From Macrostomum lignano (taxonomy: Eukaryota), in NCBI GenBank assembly GCA_002269645.1, contig NIVC01000375.1, positions 1 to 42,163 on the forward strand: 42,163 bases of DNA, written 5' to 3'. Positions 41,430-42,163 of the stretch are shown in pieces. Position numbers and translations under genes: made by a program. The notes beneath the pieces are model-generated. The model had not been told where the DNA came from. It searched no databases and saw nothing but the letters and a program-made list of their open reading frames with translations. Numbering within the stretch: position 1 is the first letter of the stretch; the number at the start of each line of letters is the position of its first letter.

Positions 41430-42163
41430 GCTGAGAATAGTCTAGAGCCACTTCTCAGTATGCTCTCGTATTTAACAATCAGCTCTTGGCATCGTCAGCC
41501 GCAATGTTTTTTCTTTACATATGCATGCTCTACTGGTCTGTCCATTCAATCCTTCCTTGTTCATTAACTTTTGACTTATTTTCTTTTCATTGAAGAAAAA
41601 AGTTTATCAATTGTAGAAATGAGCATAAACTTATTAGGCTCTCTTTGTTGCTCCTTGCCCAAGACACCTTCTCTGCTCGGCTAAGATTGCGAGTCAACCT
41701 GATCGAGTGGCAGACTACTGATAGTACTAGCTGAGGGAAGCTAGAAGGGCTTAGAATGGGAATTATTAGGCTCTGCTGGTCCGGCCTCAACACTTAAGGA
41801 AGCGGCGCCTTCCGTCTCTGGCAGGCGGCGCACATTCCATCGTGCCCGTCTGCTGTCCCAAATTCAAACTCGGATTTAGGGGCAGACTTGCATGCACAGC
41901 ATACATGTACTATCTATACTCAGATATTCAGTGTTTTTCGCGTCCTGGGAAATTAATAAGCGCTTCCAGCTCTCTTTTTTGGCCCCCGGTGCCGAGAAGC
42001 CGCGTTGAAACCTTTTAAAACAATATAAAATATAGAGGTCAGAGCTACCCGCTAATTCCCTGAGGGCACAACGAGGTTGGGGGCGAAAACATAAGATGTT
42101 TTTAAGCGAATTTTGGGGTGATATACATTAAATAATATTGTATAGTAGTCCGATGGATCAGTA

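Noticed and set aside
41587-41793. Minus-strand ORF upstream of the receptor as an extra exon or gene
   Set aside because: No recognisable motif or phase-compatible splice link, and the receptor model is already complete.

Overview
Eukaryotic (invertebrate, probably flatworm) genomic DNA. GC-rich exons, C-rich 3' splice tracts and minisatellite-packed introns resemble Macrostomum lignano, but the species call is an inference. I assembled six spliced genes by hand. On + are cullin-3 (5 exons, 787 aa), TBC1D5 (6 exons, 882 aa), ALG12 (4 exons, one frameshift in exon 3), a divergent class A GPCR (339 aa) and an unrecognised 3-exon coiled-coil gene (320 aa). On - is an 8-exon nicotinic-type Cys-loop receptor subunit (555 aa) that lacks the alpha-subunit vicinal Cys pair and has the anion-channel PAK motif. 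Most long ORFs in the supplied track are repeat artefacts. About 30 tandem arrays are present; 18 of 22 coding-region introns carry one, almost always with a unit private to that intron. The most striking single structure is a 44-nt array in the receptor gene made of eight copies of its own exon 2/intron 2 junction. A hAT-like MITE and a tRNA-derived CORE-like SINE each host a microsatellite. No CRISPR array, rRNA or intact tRNA was found. All family assignments come from remembered motifs, not database searches.
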